From: Dehalococcoidia bacterium
Lineage (GTDB): Bacteria > Chloroflexota > Dehalococcoidia > Dehalococcoidales > BS750m-G39
DNA: 64,000 nt
Direction: 5' to 3'
Assembly (NCBI GenBank): GCA_030608005.1
Contig: JAUWIX010000003.1
Coordinates: 4,627-68,626, forward strand
The translations under genes and the position numbers were made by a program. Below are positions 1-9,452 of this stretch, piece after piece. The notes beneath the pieces are model-generated. The model was given only the letters and a program-made list of their open reading frames with translations. It was not told the origin of the DNA and searched no databases. How positions within the stretch are numbered: position 1 is the stretch's first letter; every line of letters begins with the position of its first letter.

Positions 1-1
1 T

Positions 2-898
2 ACCAGCTTTTTAGATTGGTACCGAAATACAGTTATCCCCCCCAAGGCTAACTTCTTTCCTCCAATGGAGGAAATGTTTAGCTTCCAAAAAGACAGGGAG
101 GGCTACCACATAGAACTGCCGCTCGTGAATGAACATAAGCAGTTGATTTTTGGCATTCGCCCCTGTGATGCCAAAGCCCTGGCTATATTAGATATGACCT
201 TTGAGGAGGCTTATGAAGACCCATACTATCTTGCCAAAAGGAATAGCGCAGTATTAGTTGGGCTGGGGTGCACTAACCCTTATGATAGCTGCTTCTGCAC
301 TTCCCTGGGTATCAGCCCCGCAGAGTCAACCGATGTTGACCTAATGCTCACCGATATTGGCGACCAGTTCTTGATTGAAGAGGTTACCGACAAAGGCAAA
401 GAGTTAATCGCTAAAACCAGCGGCTTAAAAGAGGCAACTGAAACCGATGAGGCTAGAGCCAAGGAAGCCAAAGAGACATCCCATAACAAGGTAACCAGAA
501 AGATAAACACTGAGGGTATTGAGGATAAGCTACTTGCCTGCTTTGATGATGAGGACTACTGGGAGAAAATAGCCGCCAAGTGCATAAGTTGTGGCATCTG
601 CACTTTCCTGTGCCCCACCTGTTATTGTTTTGATATTAATGATGAGCTGGTTAAGCAGCAGGGGGCAAGATTCAGGAGCTGGGATAGCTGCGCTTTCCCC
701 CTCTATACCAAGATGCCGATGGAAAACCCTAGGTTGGAGAAGTGGCGGCGGGTAAGGCAGAGGGTATGCCATAAATTCGAGTTCTATCCCATGACCTTTA
801 ATGTCATCGCTTGCACCGGCTGCGGAAGGTGCATTCGCCTGTGCCCGGTGAACTGGGATATTACCCGGGTGCTAGAGAGCTTGCCAGTCAAGGTATAG
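2..898 (+). CDS. 4Fe-4S cluster protein, AsrA / sulfhydrogenase-beta (HydB)-like; 5' end runs off the window
   Basis: The frame stays open from nt 2 (TSFLDWYRNTVIPPKANFFPP precedes the first ATG at 65). It has two ferredoxin motifs, CISCGICTFLCP and CTGCGRCIRLCP. Its usual FAD/2Fe-2S partner gene starts 9 nt downstream. Confidence 0.6.
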   Translation, partial: TSFLDWYRNTVIPPKANFFPPMEEMFSFQKDREGYHIELPLVNEHKQLIFGIRPCDAKALAILDMTFEEAYEDPYYLAKRNSAVLVGLGCTNPYDSCFCTSLGISPAESTDVDLMLTDIGDQFLIEEVTDKGKELIAKTSGLKEATETDEARAKEAKETSHNKVTRKINTEGIEDKLLACFDDEDYWEKIAAKCISCGICTFLCPTCYCFDINDELVKQQGARFRSWDSCAFPLYTKMPMENPRLEKWRRVRQRVCHKFEFYPMTFNVIACTGCGRCIRLCPVNWDITRVLESLPVKV

Positions 899-907
899 GG
901 AGCGAGA

Positions 908-1783
908 ATGAAAGGTATTACCGATATTAGCCACCGCAGGAGATTCCTCGCCGGGGGCAATGTTTACCTGCCGCACATAGTAGTAATAGAGAGGATAATT
1001 GAGGAAAACCCCGGCGTCAGAACCTTCCATTTCAACTTTAAGGACGAGAAGCTAAGGGAGGAGTTCACCTTTGAGTCAGGGCAGTTCGGTGAATACTCCG
1101 TTTTCGGTATCGGCGAAGCCCCCTTCTGTATTTCCTCAAGCCCAACCATAAGAGACCACCTGGAGTTTGCCGTACAAAAGGTAGGACGAATAACCAATGC
1201 TCTGCACCGGCTTGGCGTTGGGACTGAGCTGGGCTTCAGAGGACCTTACGGAAATGGGTTCCCCCTTGATTTTTTGCAGGGTAAGAACCTGGTTTTCGTT
1301 GCCGGTGGCATTGGCTTAGCCCCGCTACGGTCTCTCATCTGGAATGTAATAGACAACAGAGATAAATACAAAAGTATAGATATTATCTATGGCGCCCGCA
1401 GTCCCGCCGACCTATGCTTTAAGTATGACCTGGAGGTATGGGATAAGGATAAGACGGTAAACATGGTAACTACCGTGGACAGAGGGGATGAGACCTGGAC
1501 GGGAAGAGTAGGATTAGTGCCCAAAGTATTAGAGGAGGTGGCTCCATCAGCCAGCAATGCGGTGGCTATTGTTTGTGGACCGCCAATAATGATACGGTTT
1601 ACCTTCCCTGCATTGGAAAGATTAGGCTTTACCCCGGAGCAAATGCTCACTACACTGGAGAAGCGGATGAAGTGCGGTATAGGCAAGTGCGGGCGATGCA
1701 ATATTGGTAATGTCTATGTGTGCCGTGATGGACCGGTGTTCAGCTACGCTCAGATTAAGAATTTTATCTCCAGCGAGTATTAG
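908..1783 (+). CDS. FAD/NAD(P)-binding oxidoreductase with C-terminal 2Fe-2S (AsrB / HydG / PyrK family)
   Basis: 291 aa with a ferredoxin-reductase fold (GGIGLAPL) and the C-terminal CGIGKCGRCNIG...CRDGPVF cluster motif. It is tightly coupled to the upstream 4Fe-4S gene. Confidence 0.65.
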   Translation: MKGITDISHRRRFLAGGNVYLPHIVVIERIIEENPGVRTFHFNFKDEKLREEFTFESGQFGEYSVFGIGEAPFCISSSPTIRDHLEFAVQKVGRITNALHRLGVGTELGFRGPYGNGFPLDFLQGKNLVFVAGGIGLAPLRSLIWNVIDNRDKYKSIDIIYGARSPADLCFKYDLEVWDKDKTVNMVTTVDRGDETWTGRVGLVPKVLEEVAPSASNAVAIVCGPPIMIRFTFPALERLGFTPEQMLTTLEKRMKCGIGKCGRCNIGNVYVCRDGPVFSYAQIKNFISSEY

Positions 1784-1795
1784 AGATTGTTTAGT

Positions 1796-1950
1796 AACCT
1801 CACCCCCTTAATCCCCCTCTCCTTAAAAGGAGAGGGGGAAAGTATTTATAGAAGAGGGGCTAGCGCCCCTCTTAAACACCCTATTAAGTTAGGCTCACTA
1901 TCAAAGGGAAAGGGGGAAGAGACTTTAGAGAGGGGCTTCGCCCCTTCAAA
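1796..1950. repeat. Palindromic repeat cluster R1 (A-unit in reverse orientation plus two C-units) between convergent genes
   Basis: The flank aacctcaccccctta is followed by the hairpin TCCCCCTCTCC-ttaaaa-GGAGAGGGGGA (1812-1839). AGAGGGGC-tagc-GCCCCTCT lies at 1853-1872 and a gagaggggcttcgcccct unit at about 1928-1946. Confidence 0.85.
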
Positions 1951-1985
1951 CTTCCCTCGATAAACCACCTTTATTAAAGGGCGCG

Positions 1986-3944
1986 CTATACCAGCATCCC
2001 CTCCATCTGAGCCACGATTTGCTCATTGGTGAAGTGATTAAGCGATATAGCATCACTGAGGCAGGCAGCTACACAGGCACCACAGCCCTTACATAAGGCT
2101 TCGTTAACCCGACATACCCCCTTCTCCTCATCAAAGGTGATGGCACTAAAGGGACATACCAGCTCACAAGCCTGGCAGCCAGAGCAAATTCTCTCGTCAA
2201 TAACAGCAGTGGCGGCTTCAATCTCCACCCTTCCCTTACTAATCATAGCCAGAACCTCAGCAGCAGCGGCTGAAGCCTGAGCTACGGTATCAGGTATATC
2301 CTTGGGACTCTGACAACAGCCAACCACGAATATTCCGTCAGTCATAGTAGCTACCGGGTCCAGCTTGGGATGCTTCTCCATGAAAAAGCCATCGGCACTG
2401 CGACTGATATTGAATAAGCGGGCAATAGCATCGGCATCTGGCTGCGACTCAAGGGCACAACTCAGAATAACCATATCCACCGGCAGCCGACGCTGCAATC
2501 CGACCAGGGTATCCTCAAACTGAACCACCAGCTTACCTTCCTCCTCAGGCGTTTCGGCTATGTTGGTTATCTCAGCCGGACGACCTCGGAAAAAAATCGT
2601 CCCTTCATTCAGAACCCGGTTATAGAATTCCTCATAGCCCTTACCAAAGCTCCTGATATCAATATAGAATTCGTATACCTCAGCATCGGTGTGCTCCTTT
2701 ATCAGGTGGGCAAACTTCATGGAATACATGCAGCAGACTCGGGAGCAATACTCATGATATTTCTCATCCCTACTGCCTACACAATGGATAATGGCAATGC
2801 TCTCCGGAGTAGAGCCATCCTTGAGCACAATATTGCCATCAGTTGGCCCAGAGGAATTAACCATCCTCTCAAACTCAAGGCTGGTGATAACATTGTCCAG
2901 CCTCTTGTAGCCATATTGATAGATGGGGGTAGGGTCAAACAGATTAAAACCGGTGGCCAGAATTATAGAGCCAACCTCCACCTCAATTACTTTATCCTTC
3001 TGCTCAAAATCTATAGCCTCTGCCTCACAGAACTTCTCGCAGGCACGGCAGGTGCCCTTCAAAAAATAGGCACAATGCTCCCGGTCAATGACCGGTATAT
3101 TAGGCACTGCTTGGGGGAAGGGGATATAGATAGCCTTTCTCTTACCTATACCAGCCTCAAACTCGCTATCCACCTTCCACGGGCACTTGGTCTGGCATAA
3201 GCCACAGCCAGTGCACCGAGCTTCATCAACATACCTCGCCTTCTTCCTGATTTTAACCTTGAAATTGCCGATATAGCCAGAAACCTCCTCTACCTGGCTA
3301 TAGGTCAGCAGCTCAATATAGGGATGAGAACCCACCTGCGTCATCTTCGGGGTAAGAATGCATGCCGAGCAGTCCAGGGTGGGGAAGGTTTTATCCAGTT
3401 GAGCCATATGCCCCCCGATACTGGGCTCTCTCTCCACCAGATAGACCTTGTGCTCAGAATCGGCAATCTTCAGCGCCGCCTGAATGCCAGCAATGCCCCC
3501 GCCCACCACCAAAGTATTGGGATTAACTGAAACCTCTCTTGTCTCCAGTGGCTGATGATAGTAAACTCGCCTCACTGCAGCGCTGACCAACGCCTTAGCT
3601 TTCTCTGTAGCTTCCTCTTTATCCTCAGTTACCCAGGAGCAGTGCTCGCGGATATTCGCCATCTCAAATAGATAGGGATTTAGTCCTGCCTCTTGACAGG
3701 CACGGCGGAAAGTAGGTTCATGCATCGTCGGGGAGCAAGAGGCAACTACTACCCGATTAAGCCCCAGCTCTGTGATGTCAGTCTTAATTAAGTTCTGTCC
3801 CGGCTCAGAGCACATAAATTTGTAGTCGCGAGCCACCACCACCGAATCCAGACCCTGGGCAAAGCGGGCTACCTCCTTTACATCAACTGTACCAGCAATA
3901 TTGCTCCCGCAATGACAGATATAAACACCAATCCTAGGTTCCAC
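1986..3944 (-). CDS. hdrA: Heterodisulfide reductase subunit A (FAD plus multiple Fe-S)
   Basis: 652 aa. It has the N-terminal GVYICHCGSNIAG, the FAD motif VVGGGIAGIQAAL, and several CxxCxxCxxxCP motifs (CTGCGLCQTKCP, CSGCQACELVCP). Confidence 0.85.
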   Translation of the reverse strand: MEPRIGVYICHCGSNIAGTVDVKEVARFAQGLDSVVVARDYKFMCSEPGQNLIKTDITELGLNRVVVASCSPTMHEPTFRRACQEAGLNPYLFEMANIREHCSWVTEDKEEATEKAKALVSAAVRRVYYHQPLETREVSVNPNTLVVGGGIAGIQAALKIADSEHKVYLVEREPSIGGHMAQLDKTFPTLDCSACILTPKMTQVGSHPYIELLTYSQVEEVSGYIGNFKVKIRKKARYVDEARCTGCGLCQTKCPWKVDSEFEAGIGKRKAIYIPFPQAVPNIPVIDREHCAYFLKGTCRACEKFCEAEAIDFEQKDKVIEVEVGSIILATGFNLFDPTPIYQYGYKRLDNVITSLEFERMVNSSGPTDGNIVLKDGSTPESIAIIHCVGSRDEKYHEYCSRVCCMYSMKFAHLIKEHTDAEVYEFYIDIRSFGKGYEEFYNRVLNEGTIFFRGRPAEITNIAETPEEEGKLVVQFEDTLVGLQRRLPVDMVILSCALESQPDADAIARLFNISRSADGFFMEKHPKLDPVATMTDGIFVVGCCQSPKDIPDTVAQASAAAAEVLAMISKGRVEIEAATAVIDERICSGCQACELVCPFSAITFDEEKGVCRVNEALCKGCGACVAACLSDAISLNHFTNEQIVAQMEGMLV

Positions 3945-4030
3945 TCACAACCTCCCGCTTTACCTTATAGATATAGTCCAGCACCTCACTAGGTGAAACT
4001 ATATTGGTATTTTGCACATTCAATAATGAC

Positions 4031-4432
4031 CTATTTATCATCTTTCTTCGTTCTACTCTCACGTTGCATCCTATCCTCTAACTCTTCCCATTCTTTGTAT
4101 GTCTCAGTTAGGCGGGCGTGCTTTTCAGAAACCCCTGAATATTTTCGGGTTATGAAATATATTATCATCCAAGCAAAGAATATCCACGCAAGCGGTACCC
4201 ATACATAGAAATAAAATATAACTGGAAGTACGATGATTAATACTATTGGCAGTATCTTGACAGAGATGGCATCAGCTAGACGAAGAGCTCGCTTGTGAGA
4301 AGGTTTGCCCATAAATATGTTGAAAAGAAAACCTATAGGGTACAAGGGAATTATCAATATGAAATAGGCGATACTGTAAACAATGCTAGGAATTGTCACA
4401 AAGGGAATGGAGACAACACAACCCATTTTCAT
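4031..4432 (-). CDS. Small integral membrane protein with a highly charged C-terminal tail (holin-like architecture); function unknown
   Basis: The ATG at 4432 is preceded by GGAGAGGG. The product MKMGCVVSIPF... has 3-4 hydrophobic spans, then KYSGVSEKHARLTETYKEWEELEDRMQRESRTKKDDK. Hand-counted 60-nt samples gave 27-47% G+C against about 50% in hdrA. Confidence 0.5.
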   Translation of the reverse strand: MKMGCVVSIPFVTIPSIVYSIAYFILIIPLYPIGFLFNIFMGKPSHKRALRLADAISVKILPIVLIIVLPVIFYFYVWVPLAWIFFAWMIIYFITRKYSGVSEKHARLTETYKEWEELEDRMQRESRTKKDDK

Positions 4433-4645
4433 AACCCTCTCCAATTTTGTCCAAGCTTGTATTATCATTAATTATATTACTTACCATCCCAAAACCCCAA
4501 AAATGGATGTTTACTGAATATCGCAGCGTCTATTTCTTGCATATCACCAATATCGGGAGAGTGATATATGCTAACCATACCTGCCCCCGATACCTGACCT
4601 TTTTACCTATCGCCTCCCTTCTCAATAGTATCCAAATACTTTAAT

Positions 4646-4972
4646 CTACTCAACGCCAGTTAGAAAATTGAGTGCTTGGTGTAGAGCTGTCTCTGGGTCA
4701 TACTGGTGAACCCAAGGTAAATCCCGTTTCCGAAGAACCCACATTCTTTCGGGTTCTCTATCAAATTTATCACCAGTCATGTCGCTCTGCTGCAGAATGA
4801 CATTCTCCCACTTCCAGCACTCAGTTTGATAAAAAACTGGTGGATTTGAGTAACACTTTAGCACTTCAATGCGGTATATCTGGCGATTATGGACGACCTC
4901 CGCTGTTCTTACTACTTCATACACTTCGGTTAGACCAGGATACTTTTTGTAGTCTTCCAAAACATTATTCAT
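4646..4972 (-). CDS. Hypothetical soluble protein (108 aa), Trp-rich, no recognisable domain
   Basis: It is a clean ORF between hdrB and the membrane ORF, on the same strand as the hdr genes, in a locally AT-rich stretch. Confidence 0.45.
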   Translation of the reverse strand: MNNVLEDYKKYPGLTEVYEVVRTAEVVHNRQIYRIEVLKCYSNPPVFYQTECWKWENVILQQSDMTGDKFDREPERMWVLRKRDLPWVHQYDPETALHQALNFLTGVE

Positions 4973-4996
4973 TTCTCACCTCCTTACTAGTTTCTG

Positions 4997-5902
4997 CTAT
5001 ATTTTACCACCTCCGTTATCTAATCGCCCCCTTTCTTTTATCAGCCTATCAATTGTTACTGAACGTGCAATATTTGTATTTAATCCCAGGGAATTAGAGG
5101 CAATCCCCAGGGCAAGACCAATCAATTGACTGACGAACAAAATAGGCAGGTTATAATCGGTTTTGAACTTGCTATTGACCTGGCTCTGATAGGCATCAAG
5201 GTTTGTCTGGCACAGGGGGCAGGGGGTAACAATGCACTGGGCACCATTCCTCACAGCGCTGTCCAGCAATTTGCGGATTAAGCCCAAAGCGAGGCTCTGC
5301 TCAGAGATAATCAAAGCCCCCCCACAGCAACGAGCTTTTAATGGGTAAGGGACAGCCTCGGCACCCAGGCTCTCCACCAGAAGGTCAAGGGACTGGGGAA
5401 ACTCCGTATCGTCAGAACCATAGTGAGGACGAACCAGCTGGCAGCCATAATAGGGGGCTACCTTAAGCCCATTAAGCCCCTGCTGGACCTTGGAAGCGAT
5501 AACCTCCGGGGTAACATCGTTAAGAAGCACATCAACCAGGTGCCTTATTCGCAGATTGCCGTGATACTCCAAATTAGCAACAGCCAGAGCCTCATTTACC
5601 TGCCTCTTTAGCTCTGGATGGTCTTCAAGATGTATAGCTGCTCCATTTAGGGTAACATAGCAGGAACTGCAAGGCGTTACCAGGTCTAATCCAGTTTTCT
5701 CAGCCAGAGCCAGATTACGAGCCGCCACTACAACAGCTTCTAGCTCATCTAGAGAGCCATAAGGGGTCGAGCCACAGCATGTCCAGCCCTCCAACTCAAT
5801 TAGCTCCATATCCAGGGGCTCAGCTATAGCCTGGACAGAAAGACCGAGACCTATTGCCGTAGACCCTGCCGAGCAGCCGGGGAAATAGGAATAGTATTTC
5901 AC
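4997..5902 (-). CDS. hdrB: Heterodisulfide reductase subunit B (two CCG domains)
   Basis: The N-terminus is MKYYSYFPGCS. CCG motifs are WTCCGS and ARCCGG. There is a 4-nt overlap with hdrC. Confidence 0.8.
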   Translation of the reverse strand: MKYYSYFPGCSAGSTAIGLGLSVQAIAEPLDMELIELEGWTCCGSTPYGSLDELEAVVVAARNLALAEKTGLDLVTPCSSCYVTLNGAAIHLEDHPELKRQVNEALAVANLEYHGNLRIRHLVDVLLNDVTPEVIASKVQQGLNGLKVAPYYGCQLVRPHYGSDDTEFPQSLDLLVESLGAEAVPYPLKARCCGGALIISEQSLALGLIRKLLDSAVRNGAQCIVTPCPLCQTNLDAYQSQVNSKFKTDYNLPILFVSQLIGLALGIASNSLGLNTNIARSVTIDRLIKERGRLDNGGGKI

Positions 5903-6462
5903 TGGCTAGCTATGACCTCTCTGAATTTCTGGATGATTCTGGATAAATCCTCTTTGCCTTTAGCCCTCTCGGGTATCAATGGCATACGTCTGTGTAGAAA
6001 TAGCTTCAACCCTAGGGGCAGCATCTTAAGGGCAGCCAAAGGGTTGGTCATCAGGTAAAACTTGAGCATCATACCAAATTCATGGACCCTTCCATTAGCC
6101 CTGATAGAGCTGACAAAGCTCCGATACATAGCTGGGGTATAAGTTTTTTTGACTTTATAGCCATGCTGAACTGCCAGGCTTTCTAGGGCATGAGCCAACT
6201 CAGTCGGTTTGACCTTTCTGGGGCAGCGGCACCCACACAGGTGGCAGGAGAGGCAATACCACATAGAGCTACTAGACAAGACCTCATCTCGCATCCCGGC
6301 GCGTATCATAGCAATAATCTTTCGTGGCGGGTATTCCATCTCACCAGCCACAGGACAGGAAGCAGTGCAAATACCACACTGGATGCAGGCATAAATATGC
6401 TCACCGCCAAGCGTGGCGGCAACCTCATTCACAAAGCTCTTCATACCAACAAATACTACCAT
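5899..6462 (-). CDS. hdrC: Heterodisulfide reductase subunit C (2x4Fe-4S)
   Basis: It carries CIQCGICTASCP and CLSCHLCGCRCP and sits directly upstream of and overlapping hdrB. Confidence 0.75.
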   Translation of the reverse strand: MVVFVGMKSFVNEVAATLGGEHIYACIQCGICTASCPVAGEMEYPPRKIIAMIRAGMRDEVLSSSSMWYCLSCHLCGCRCPRKVKPTELAHALESLAVQHGYKVKKTYTPAMYRSFVSSIRANGRVHEFGMMLKFYLMTNPLAALKMLPLGLKLFLHRRMPLIPERAKGKEDLSRIIQKFREVIASQ

Positions 6463-6506
6463 AAACCCGATTGCCCCAACAAGGTTGAACCACAGAGATT
6501 CTTTAT

Positions 6507-6864
6507 TAACCTCACCCCCTTTAAGTTTCTATTAGGTAACCCTATCCCCTTTATGCACCCAGAAAAATCTTTGATTTTCCTGGGAACCCGCTTTATCTCC
6601 TTCCCCTTGATAAGGGGAAGGAGAAGACAATTTATTGAGAGGGGCTTTGCCCCTCTCCGACACCCCCAATTGAGTAAACTCTCATCGAAGAAAGAGAGAT
6701 TTCAGAGAGAGGCTTCACCCCTATTAGACACACCAAAAAGTAAGAGAGTTAAAGAGAGGCGAAACCCCCTCTTTTTTATTTCTCCCCCTCTCCTAGAAGG
6801 AGAGGGGGACTAAGGGGGTGAGGTGCAGAAAGTTGAGGTGTCACTAATCATATGAACGAGTACA
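6507..6864. repeat. Palindromic repeat cluster R2 (B-, C- and A-units plus a 45-bp module H)
   Basis: ctccttcccctt-gata-aggggaaggag lies near 6597-6623 and gagaggggctttgcccctctc near 6638-6658. tctccccctctcc-taga-aggagaggggga+ctaagggggtgaggt spans 6781-6824. Module H, gaggtgcagaaagttgaggtgtcactaatcatatgaacgagtaca, spans 6820-6864. Confidence 0.85.
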
Positions 6865-6925
6865 GACATTTGTCGCTACCACCCCTATCATGATAAACTG
6901 CAGGGGTAGAACAAGGGAGCTTCAC

Positions 6926-7699
6926 GTGAAAATACTGGTGACTAACGATGACGGGGTATTTGCCGATGGGCTATGGACACTGGTCAAGGAGCTAAGGAAC
7001 ATTGCCCAGGTAGTGGTGGTAGCCCCGGATAGAGAGCTGAGTGCCATAGGTACCGCAGTTAGTCTGCACCAGCCAGTGAGGGCAAGAAAGGTGATGCCTA
7101 GGGTAGCAGAGGTAGAAACCTACGCCGTAGAGGGCACCCCGGCTGATAGTGTTATCCTGGCTTTAGGCAAACTGGTCAAAGATAGGATAGAGCTGGTCGT
7201 TTCAGGCATAAACCGGGGAGCAAACCTGGGCGATGATGTGTTAATCTCGGGAACAGTGGGGGCTGCCCTGCAAGGCTGTCTGCATGGTCTCCCCGCCATT
7301 GCCATCTCGGTAGTCCTGGGGGATAACCTTTATTTTGGTGATGCCGCTAGATTTGCTGCACTATTAGCCAGAAAGATTGACTCTGGTGTTTTATCCGCCA
7401 ATACTTGCCTCAATGTAAACCTGCCTAACCTGCCCCTGGAAAAAATCAGGGGGGTAAAGCTTACTTATCCAGCCAGCAAAAGCCATACCGATACCGTTGA
7501 GGAAAGATATGATGGCAGACGCCAACACTACTGGTTTGTTCGCCAAAGGATAAATAAGCCCCTAGATGAAAAAACAGATACCTGGGCAATAGAAGAAGGC
7601 AATATCTCCATCACACCACTGCTCAATAAGCCTTCACCCCCCATCCCCGATAGCCTTTGTTCTGACCTCTTTCACGAATTTCAACAGGGGATGGCATAA
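6926..7699 (+). CDS. surE: 5'/3'-nucleotidase SurE
   Basis: A GTG start at 6926 follows AAGGGAG. The product begins VKILVTNDDG, the SurE N-terminal signature. The longer ATG-6890 start would add a non-conserved leader. Confidence 0.85.
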   Translation: MKILVTNDDGVFADGLWTLVKELRNIAQVVVVAPDRELSAIGTAVSLHQPVRARKVMPRVAEVETYAVEGTPADSVILALGKLVKDRIELVVSGINRGANLGDDVLISGTVGAALQGCLHGLPAIAISVVLGDNLYFGDAARFAALLARKIDSGVLSANTCLNVNLPNLPLEKIRGVKLTYPASKSHTDTVEERYDGRRQHYWFVRQRINKPLDEKTDTWAIEEGNISITPLLNKPSPPIPDSLCSDLFHEFQQGMA

Positions 7700-7712
7700 G
7701 CCTCTGCCCCGA

Positions 7713-9404
7713 CTAGGTTCTACCAAACTCCCTTTTCAACTGCCCTGAGCTGAGGTGAATCATTGTCGGTCTGCCATGGGGGCAGGTATGAGGGGTGGCT
7801 GCCTGCTCCAGTTGCCGCACCAGTTCACGCATTTCGGTATCGGTTAATGCCTGCCCCGCTCTCACTGCGCTGTGACAAGCCATAGACTTAGCTATACCCT
7901 CCACCAAATCGCCTTTACTCCCCTCAGATAAAGAATCCAGTAATTCCCTTAACATGCCAGCCCAATCTTTGTTGTAAAGTAGAGCTGGCACCGCCCGGAT
8001 GAGAAAGGTTCTATCGCCAAAAGACTCAATGGAGAAACCAAATTCAGCCAAGTCTTCATAGTGTAACCTCAACACTGCCTCTTGTCGGGGACTAACCTCA
8101 AGTGTCATCGGCTCAAGCAGCCCTTGAATCTCTATCTCCCGTTGCGACCTCTGGTGTTCAATCCTTTCAAAGAGGACACGCTCATGAGCAGCATGCTGGT
8201 CAATAAGATATAGCCCATCAGGACCCTCAGCTATGATATAGCTGTTGGCTAGCTGACCCAATACCCGCAGCACAGGCAGAGATACTGTCGGAACCTCGGG
8301 AGCCCACGGTGCAGAACTGGTGAGGCCGACTTGGGCTGATGTCGGCAATGCCTGTCTTGGCCTTGATGGCAATTCATAGGCGACCGCTACCTCCTCAATT
8401 CTGGGCACTGGTATTTGCTCCACCAAAGCCTGACGAACTGCCCTATGAACAGCGCTGAAAACTATATGCTCATTACCAAATTTCACCTCTCTCTTGGTAG
8501 GGTGAATATTAACATCCACCTCCTGAGTCGGCAGCGAGATATTGATAACAGCAATAGGATGTTTTCCCTGCATCAAAAGCCCGTGATAGGCTTCCTCCAC
8601 CGCCCGAGCCAGCAGGCGACTAGTTACCCAGCGGCGGTTGACAAAGAAGCTGAGGTAACCCCTCCCTGAGCGGCTTACTGGCGGTGAACCGACCATACCC
8701 GCTACCCGGGGTGATGAAACCGTTGCCTCGCTCTTAATCTCAATCATATTCTCGGCTACCTTCACCCCATAGACCTCAATTATACTATCTATTAGCCGAC
8801 CACCGCCCGGTGTCCTCAGCGCCGCCCTACCATCAATGAACAGAGAAAATTTGACCTCGGGGAAGGCAAGGGCATATTGACTTACCACATCGGCGATGTG
8901 ACTATTTTCCGTAGCCACCGACTTGAGAAACTTTAATCTTGCCGGCACCTTGCGAAACAAATTTCGCACCATAACCGTAGTCCCCTTAGAACGTCCCTGG
9001 CTTCCCTGACTGGCAATAACGCCATCCCTCAAGCCAAGGTAGGTGCCAACCCTCTCACCCGTAGCGCAGGTAACCATGTCTACTTGAGCCACAGCGGCAA
9101 TGCTGGGTAATGCCTCCCCACGAAAGCCAAGGCTTGAGATAAACTCCAAATCCCCCAGGTTTCCTATCTTGCTGGTAGCATAGCGGTCGAAGGCAAGCCC
9201 CACCTCCCCAGAGGGAACCCCAGCCCCGTTATCGTTTACCCTGATTAGGCTTATCCCACCACCCCTCACTTCAACGGAAATCTGTGATGAGCCAGCATCC
9301 AGCGAATTCTCCAGCAATTCCTTCACCACCGAGGCTGGCCTCTCCACCACCTCCCCAGCGGCAATCCGTGACACTACTTGAGGGTCTAAGACTTTGATAG
9401 GCAT
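7713..9404 (-). CDS. mutL: DNA mismatch repair protein MutL
   Basis: The GHKL ATPase N-terminus reads AAGEVVERPASVVKELLENSLDAG. The protein is 563 aa and has a C-terminal CPHGRP endonuclease-type motif. Confidence 0.9.
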   Translation of the reverse strand: MPIKVLDPQVVSRIAAGEVVERPASVVKELLENSLDAGSSQISVEVRGGGISLIRVNDNGAGVPSGEVGLAFDRYATSKIGNLGDLEFISSLGFRGEALPSIAAVAQVDMVTCATGERVGTYLGLRDGVIASQGSQGRSKGTTVMVRNLFRKVPARLKFLKSVATENSHIADVVSQYALAFPEVKFSLFIDGRAALRTPGGGRLIDSIIEVYGVKVAENMIEIKSEATVSSPRVAGMVGSPPVSRSGRGYLSFFVNRRWVTSRLLARAVEEAYHGLLMQGKHPIAVINISLPTQEVDVNIHPTKREVKFGNEHIVFSAVHRAVRQALVEQIPVPRIEEVAVAYELPSRPRQALPTSAQVGLTSSAPWAPEVPTVSLPVLRVLGQLANSYIIAEGPDGLYLIDQHAAHERVLFERIEHQRSQREIEIQGLLEPMTLEVSPRQEAVLRLHYEDLAEFGFSIESFGDRTFLIRAVPALLYNKDWAGMLRELLDSLSEGSKGDLVEGIAKSMACHSAVRAGQALTDTEMRELVRQLEQAATPHTCPHGRPTMIHLSSGQLKREFGRT

Positions 9405-9452
9405 AGCAAACCCAATGAAATATTACACGGTTTCGTGTATAATGTCAATAGT

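Noticed and set aside
1986-3944. Possible selenocysteine (TGA) recoding in hdrA or the hydrogenase genes, as occurs in some anaerobes.
   Set aside because: All these ORFs are uninterrupted and full length. I noticed no in-frame TGA followed by a SECIS-like hairpin.
6190-6813. Long ORFs spanning repeat clusters (6190-6813 +, 24248-24649 -, 24366-24551 +, 40742-41056 -, 40803-40997 +).
   Set aside because: Their translations are low-complexity readings of the palindromic units (PLSFKGEGD, GEGIKGV, PFPLIRGRR). They overlap real genes on the other strand or run into hdrC antisense. They have no start context.
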